From positions 9,865 to 73,864 of the forward strand of contig CAYTOA010000005.1 of the NCBI GenBank assembly GCA_964439265.1: a stretch of DNA of 64,000 bases, written 5' to 3'. This DNA comes from an uncultured Chitinophagaceae bacterium. GTDB taxonomy: Bacteria > Bacteroidota > Ignavibacteria > UBA10030 > UBA8401. The notes below the pieces were generated by a model. That model did no database searches and was not told the origin of the DNA. It saw nothing but the letters and a program-made list of their open reading frames with translations. Both the position numbers and the translations under genes were made by a program. This document shows, piece after piece, positions 58,796 through 64,000 of this stretch (its first letter is position 1; each line of letters opens with the position of its first letter).

Positions 58796-59887
58796 ATGGC
58801 CGAAGAATCCGCTTCATCACAGGATAAGACAGAAGAGGCAACTCCGCACAAACGCGAAGAGAGCCGCAAGAAAGGTTCCGTCGCCCGCAGCGCGGAGATG
58901 AACTCGGCATTTATTCTTTTCTTCGGCCTGCTCATTCTGTACTTTGGCGGCACGTCACTGGCTACCACAATCGCATCGATGACCCGAACGGTTCTAACGA
59001 ATTCATCTTCCATCGTGATCTCCAGGACAAACGTTCACTATTACATGGTCGAAGGCATTATCATGTGTTTCTATCTTCTCGCCCCGATCATGTTCGGCCT
59101 GCTCGTTGTCGGGCTCGGGGCAAGTGTTGCGCAGGTAGGATTCTATTTCTCGCCCGAGGCGCTTGCCGTAAAATGGAACAAACTCAATCCACTGGCCGGA
59201 ATGCGGAAAGTCATGATTTCGCGCCATGCGATGGCGGAGATGGTGAAAAATCTGTTGAAAGTCGCCGTCATTGCGATAGTCGCGTACATGTCCATTAAGG
59301 GCGCGATGGGTGATACTCTTTCCCTGATGGATGGAGATGTTCGTGGAATCCTCACCTTTCTTGTCGACTCCGCGCTGTCCGCAGCTTTCAAAATTGGTTT
59401 GGCGTTCCTTGCTCTGGCGTTGTTCGATTATCTCTTTCAGAGGTTCGAATTCGAGCGGGATATACGAATGACAAAACAGGAAGTGAAGGAAGAAACAAAA
59501 TCCACTGAGGGCGATCCGTTCGTCAAAGGGCGCATCCGGTCGGTGCAGCGGCAGATCGCCTATAAGAGAATGATGCACGATGTTCCCAAGGCGGATGTCA
59601 TTGTGACCAACCCGACACACGTCGCCGTTGCGCTGAAGTACGAGGCCGGAAAGATGGATGCACCCCGCGTAGTCGCAAAAGGGGCGGAACTCATCGCGCA
59701 GCGGATCAAAGACATAGCGCGAAAACACAACATCCCGATCGTCGAGGATAAAGTTCTTGCACGAGCGCTATACAAATCTGTCGATATCGGGGAAGCGATC
59801 CCGGAAAAACTGTTTCAGGCGGTTGCGCAGCTTCTGGCGTATATTTTCAGAATGAAGAATTCAAAATACACCTATAAGGCGTTTTAA
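58796..59887 (+). CDS. flhB: Flagellar export switch protein FlhB
   Basis: Four transmembrane segments plus a cytoplasmic domain carrying the NPTH autocleavage site (VTNPTHVAVAL). Confidence 0.92.
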   Translation: MAEESASSQDKTEEATPHKREESRKKGSVARSAEMNSAFILFFGLLILYFGGTSLATTIASMTRTVLTNSSSIVISRTNVHYYMVEGIIMCFYLLAPIMFGLLVVGLGASVAQVGFYFSPEALAVKWNKLNPLAGMRKVMISRHAMAEMVKNLLKVAVIAIVAYMSIKGAMGDTLSLMDGDVRGILTFLVDSALSAAFKIGLAFLALALFDYLFQRFEFERDIRMTKQEVKEETKSTEGDPFVKGRIRSVQRQIAYKRMMHDVPKADVIVTNPTHVAVALKYEAGKMDAPRVVAKGAELIAQRIKDIARKHNIPIVEDKVLARALYKSVDIGEAIPEKLFQAVAQLLAYIFRMKNSKYTYKAF

Positions 59888-59893
59888 CACAGT

Positions 59894-61990
59894 ATGGAAA
59901 CAGCGAGCCCACAACCTTCAGAGATTAAGAAAAGCATGTCGCCTCTGGACCTGATTCGGAGGAACAGCGATGTCGTCCTCGCGGGCGGAGTGATTCTTAT
60001 TCTCGCGCTGATGATACTCCCGATCCCTGCAATGCTCCTCGATGTACTGTTAGCGCTCAATATCACCGCGGCGATCCTGATCCTGCTGGTATCGATGTAT
60101 ATCAGCAGCCCGCTCGAGCTCTCGGTATTTCCCGGTATGCTGCTTCTCCTCACGATATTCCGCCTTTCGCTGAACGTGGCCTCGACGCGCCTGATTCTCG
60201 GCGAGGGATATGCCGGGGAAGTCATCAACGCATTCGGATCGTTCGTGGTAAAAGGCAATTATGTCGTCGGGTTCGTGATCTTCCTTATCCTGGTCTTGAT
60301 ACAGTTCATCGTCATCGTCAAAGGCGCAGGGAGAATCTCCGAGGTTGCGGCACGGTTCACACTCGACGCAATGCCCGGAAAACAAATGGCGATCGACGCA
60401 GATATGAACGCCGGCCTGATTACCGAGATCGAAGCTCGTGAGCGTCGCTCGCAGATCGCCCGCGAAGCGGAATTCTTCGGAGCGATGGATGGGGCCAGCA
60501 AGTTCGTCAAAGGGGATGCAATCGCCGGACTGCTCATCAACATCATCAACATTCTTGGCGGGTTCATTATCGGCGTGGCTCAAAAGGGACTCTCCTTTAC
60601 CGACGCACTCCATAATTACACACTTCTTACCGTCGGGGACGGATTGGTTACTCAGATTCCGGCTCTTGTCGTAGCGACGGCGGCCGGTATGGTCGTCACG
60701 CGCGGCGGTTCGGGCACGCAGCTCGATAAAGAAATACGGACACAACTATTCGGCAGACCGAAGGCGCTTCTCATTGCTTCCGGCGCTCTTTTTCTCTTTG
60801 CCATCGTGCCCGGTCTCCCAACCTTGCCGTTCCTGCTCCTCTCGGGCCTGGCAGGTTCAGCGGGGTATGTGACCATGCGCGACAAGCCTGTGAAGAAAAA
60901 GGCAGCTCCAGCCGCACCCGTTGCAGAAAAGAAAGAGGAACGCGTTGAAGATTATGTCCAGGTCGATTCACTGGAGCTCGAAATCGGATACGGGTTGATC
61001 TCCCTCGTGGACAATGCCCAGGGAGGAGATCTGTTCAATCGCATTACCAATATCCGTAAACAGCTCGCCCTTGAGCTTGGAATACTTATTCCTCCGGTGC
61101 GGGTACGCGACAATCTGCAGCTTGAGCCAAATCAGTATGTCGTAAAGATCCGTGGCAACGTTGTCGCTACCGACCGTTTGGTGATGGACCGTCTTCTTGC
61201 CATGAACGCCGGCGGGGCAGAAGATCATCTCGAAGGTATCTCGGTCAAAGAGCCGGCGTTCGGCCTCCCGGCACTCTGGATACGTACGAACGAACGCGAA
61301 CACGCTGAACTCGGGGGATACACCGTTGTCGAACCGTCTGCCGTACTCTCAACCCATTTGCAAGAGATCTTACGCCGCAACGCCGACAAGATCTTGGGAA
61401 GGCAGGACACCAAGAAATTAATCGAGAATTTGAAAAAGGATTATCCTGCAGTCGTTGAAGATCTGACGCCGGAACTGCTGCCGACGGGAACTATCCAGAA
61501 AGTTCTCCAGAACCTTTTGAAGGAAGGTATCCCGATCCGTGACCTCGTCACAATCCTGGAATCGCTTGTTGATTACGCGAGGGTTACAAAGAATGTCGAC
61601 GTGCTGACAGAATATGTCCGCCATTCGCTTTCCGAGACGATCGCGCACATGTACCGCGACCCTAAAGGCACCATCCGCGCGATCGTTCTGGGGCCGAGGC
61701 TCGAACAGCTGATCACGAATGCTCTGCAGAATCAACGGGAGAGCAGCCCGAGCCTTGGACTCTCACCCGCGATGATCGATTCTATACATAAAAGCCTGAC
61801 TGAAAAAGTTGAACAATCGATCGGTGCGGGACTTCGCCCGATCGTGCTTTGCGCAGCGACCGTGAGAACATACCTGTATCGTTTGATCCATACGGCGTTC
61901 CCAACCGTCGTCGTTCTATCATTTACGGAATTACCAGCCGAAACAGAAATCGAATTCACAGGAAAATTGGAGATCAATCATGAGAATTAA
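59894..61990 (+). CDS. flhA: Flagellar export gate protein FlhA
   Basis: 698 aa with an N-terminal polytopic membrane domain (FHIPG-family motifs) and a large cytoplasmic domain. Confidence 0.92.
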   Translation: METASPQPSEIKKSMSPLDLIRRNSDVVLAGGVILILALMILPIPAMLLDVLLALNITAAILILLVSMYISSPLELSVFPGMLLLLTIFRLSLNVASTRLILGEGYAGEVINAFGSFVVKGNYVVGFVIFLILVLIQFIVIVKGAGRISEVAARFTLDAMPGKQMAIDADMNAGLITEIEARERRSQIAREAEFFGAMDGASKFVKGDAIAGLLINIINILGGFIIGVAQKGLSFTDALHNYTLLTVGDGLVTQIPALVVATAAGMVVTRGGSGTQLDKEIRTQLFGRPKALLIASGALFLFAIVPGLPTLPFLLLSGLAGSAGYVTMRDKPVKKKAAPAAPVAEKKEERVEDYVQVDSLELEIGYGLISLVDNAQGGDLFNRITNIRKQLALELGILIPPVRVRDNLQLEPNQYVVKIRGNVVATDRLVMDRLLAMNAGGAEDHLEGISVKEPAFGLPALWIRTNEREHAELGGYTVVEPSAVLSTHLQEILRRNADKILGRQDTKKLIENLKKDYPAVVEDLTPELLPTGTIQKVLQNLLKEGIPIRDLVTILESLVDYARVTKNVDVLTEYVRHSLSETIAHMYRDPKGTIRAIVLGPRLEQLITNALQNQRESSPSLGLSPAMIDSIHKSLTEKVEQSIGAGLRPIVLCAATVRTYLYRLIHTAFPTVVVLSFTELPAETEIEFTGKLEINHEN

Positions 61991-63242
61991 GAAATTCGTT
62001 GGCGCCACAATGAAAGAAGCAACCGAACAAATGAAACAAGAACTCGGCCCTGAAGCGATCATTCTGAATACAAAGAAACTGTCGAACGGAAAGCATTTCA
62101 ATTTCCTCGGCAAAGAGATGTTGGAGGTCACTGCGGCGATCGATGATCAGCCGGTCCAGCGTACCGTTCCGGCGCCGATCGGGAGGGACGAGGCGGGGTT
62201 TAACCGGTTGTTGCAGCGTGCTGCGTCCGCAAGCGTTAGGGAAACGCCGGCCGGTGATACGTTCGAAGGGTTGAAAAGCGTCGCGGAACATTTTGAGAGA
62301 CGGGGTGCGAAGTCCGAAGAAAAGAAATCTTTTGTTCCCGCAGAGAGGGCCGAGATTCACGAGTTGAAGGCCGAAATGGAAGAAATGAAAAGTACGTTGC
62401 AGTCGATCGCGGAACATTTCAAGTACTCAAAAATGCCTGCGCTGCCGCAATTTCTACAGCAAGCATACCGCACGTTAGTGCAGAACGATGTCGATGAACA
62501 ACTCGCGGCGGATATCGTCCAGGTGGTTTATGGAAAGATCGACCCGGCTCAGCGAGATAACAAACAGGCTGTGGAAAAAAGCGTGATTGCCGAGATCGCG
62601 GGGCTGCTCTCAACCGCACAACCGCCGAAGGAGAAATCGAAACGTCCCCGCGTTATCGCATTGGTCGGGCCTACGGGAGTCGGGAAGACGACCACGATCG
62701 CAAAGCTTGCTGCGATCGGAAAACTTGTCCAGCACCTCAACATCGGCCTCATCTCAGCGGACACGTACCGTATCGGCGCCATCGAGCAACTCCGCACATT
62801 TGCGAGCATCGCGGATATACCGATGGAAGTGGTCTATAAACCGAGTGAAATGGGCGCCGCGTTAAAGAAATTCCGCACGAAAGACGTTGTCTTTGTGGAC
62901 ACGGTCGGCCGCAACCAGAGAATGAAGTCGGAATTGAGCGAACTCAAGAGGCTGATGCAGGCTCTCGATCCGGACGAGATCCATCTTGTGCTCAGCGCGC
63001 CCACGAACAAAAGGACGATGTATGAAGTGATCGAACGGTTCGGAGTCCTGAGACCAAACAGAATTATCCTCTCAAAAGTCGATGAGTCCCTGGCGCTCGG
63101 GAACATGCTGAATATTACGCTTCACACTCAGCTCCCGATCTCGTTCATCACCACAGGACAAGGAGTGCCGGACGACATTATGCTGGCTGATTCTGAAAAA
63201 CTTGCACGAATGATCTATCCAGGAATAATTGCACATGCGTGA
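61980..63242 (+). CDS. flhF: Flagellar biosynthesis GTPase FlhF (SRP-family)
   Basis: G1 GPTGVGKTTT, DTVGRN, and an SRP54-type NG domain. Confidence 0.88.
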   Translation: MRIKKFVGATMKEATEQMKQELGPEAIILNTKKLSNGKHFNFLGKEMLEVTAAIDDQPVQRTVPAPIGRDEAGFNRLLQRAASASVRETPAGDTFEGLKSVAEHFERRGAKSEEKKSFVPAERAEIHELKAEMEEMKSTLQSIAEHFKYSKMPALPQFLQQAYRTLVQNDVDEQLAADIVQVVYGKIDPAQRDNKQAVEKSVIAEIAGLLSTAQPPKEKSKRPRVIALVGPTGVGKTTTIAKLAAIGKLVQHLNIGLISADTYRIGAIEQLRTFASIADIPMEVVYKPSEMGAALKKFRTKDVVFVDTVGRNQRMKSELSELKRLMQALDPDEIHLVLSAPTNKRTMYEVIERFGVLRPNRIILSKVDESLALGNMLNITLHTQLPISFITTGQGVPDDIMLADSEKLARMIYPGIIAHA

Positions 63243-64000
63243 ACAATCAGTTATCGTGGACCAGGCATCCCGGCTGCGCGAAATAGCGCTCGGGAGTTAT
63301 GAAGTGCAAACCGCAACAATGCCGTATCGAATTTCCGTCACGAGCGGTAAAGGGGGCGTTGGAAAGAGCACGGTCGCTCTCAATCTGGCGATTGGGCTTT
63401 GCAGCTTCGGACAGAAGGTACTCCTCGTCGATGCCGATTCGAACCTGGGCAATCTCGATGTCCTTCTGGGGATTGCACCCCGGTACAGGCTGGGGCATGT
63501 GCTCCACGGAAAGGTGGATATCGGAGATGCTCTTGTCAGTCCGTATTCCAATCTCAAAATACTCCCCGGCAGCTCGGGCGATCTGGATTATCCTGACATG
63601 ACGGCGCTTGTTCAGCAGCGGTTTCTTCAGGACCTTTTCTCGCTCGAAGAACATTTCGACGTTCTCCTGATCGACACGTCTGCCGGTTTGTCGAAAGAGA
63701 CGATCACGTATTCTCTCGAATCAGACGAGGCGATCGTCGTCACAAGCATCGAACCGACGTCGGTGATGGATTCGTACGCGGTGATCAAGACAATTTCGAT
63801 ATCGCGCCCCGACGAACGGATTTCGGTCCTCATGAATGCGGCACAATTTCCGAGCCAGGCGGACGAAACAGTACAGAAGCTCAGGATGGCTGTAGATCAC
63901 TTTCTGAAACGGGATATCGGATACCTCGGGTCGATTCCGTTCGACGTGAACATGCGGAATGCCGTGCTGGCGCAAGAACCGGTCATCAAAAAATACCCCG
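63235..64000 (+). CDS. flhG: Flagellar number regulator FlhG/FleN (MinD-type ATPase), 3'-partial at window edge
   Basis: Deviant Walker A SGKGGVGKST and DADSNLGNLD. The ATG at 63235 overlaps the flhF stop. The ORF runs off the end of the window. Confidence 0.8.
   Translation, partial: MREQSVIVDQASRLREIALGSYEVQTATMPYRISVTSGKGGVGKSTVALNLAIGLCSFGQKVLLVDADSNLGNLDVLLGIAPRYRLGHVLHGKVDIGDALVSPYSNLKILPGSSGDLDYPDMTALVQQRFLQDLFSLEEHFDVLLIDTSAGLSKETITYSLESDEAIVVTSIEPTSVMDSYAVIKTISISRPDERISVLMNAAQFPSQADETVQKLRMAVDHFLKRDIGYLGSIPFDVNMRNAVLAQEPVIKKYP

Overview
This 64 kb window is a dense chemotaxis and flagellar locus in which every credible gene lies on the + strand. The 5' half (1-30 kb) holds signal-transduction genes, and the 3' half (30-64 kb) holds a chemotaxis operon followed by a long flagellar cluster running flgB to flhG. 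No rRNA, tRNA, CRISPR array or mobile element was seen. All long minus-strand ORFs look like antisense or repeat artefacts.

Genes in the 5' half:
- A sigma-54 (NtrC-type) activator, truncated at the 5' edge of the window.
- Four very large multi-PAS hybrid sensor histidine kinases of 1037, 1220, 1767 and 1319 aa that share mosaic PAS modules.
- A 1454-aa soluble chemoreceptor whose body is a poly-HAMP array encoded by 11 near-identical 273-bp tandem DNA repeats.
- cheW, a short CheR-like methyltransferase, and a translationally coupled MBL-fold hydrolase.
- A putative outer-membrane beta-barrel protein.
- A bacteriohemerythrin immediately upstream of the largest kinase, which also carries REC and HPt domains.
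- A response regulator carrying a CheX/CheC-like phosphatase domain.
- A sugar-nucleotidyltransferase.

Genes in the 3' half:
- A chemotaxis operon: FapA/DUF342-like protein, HEAT-repeat protein, cheR, two cheY genes, a CheZ-like gene, cheA, cheB and a small ORF.
- A flagellar cluster in Bacillus-type fla/che order: flgB-flgC-fliE-fliF-fliG-fliH-fliI-fliJ-(YlxF-like)-fliK-flgD-(YlzI-like)-flgE | flbD-fliL-fliM-fliN-fliO-fliP-fliQ-fliR-flhB-flhA-flhF-flhG (3' partial).
- A 1376-aa FliK, which is unusually long for a hook-length ruler.

The two most unusual features are the poly-HAMP receptor and the hemerythrin / giant kinase / REC-CheX arrangement.
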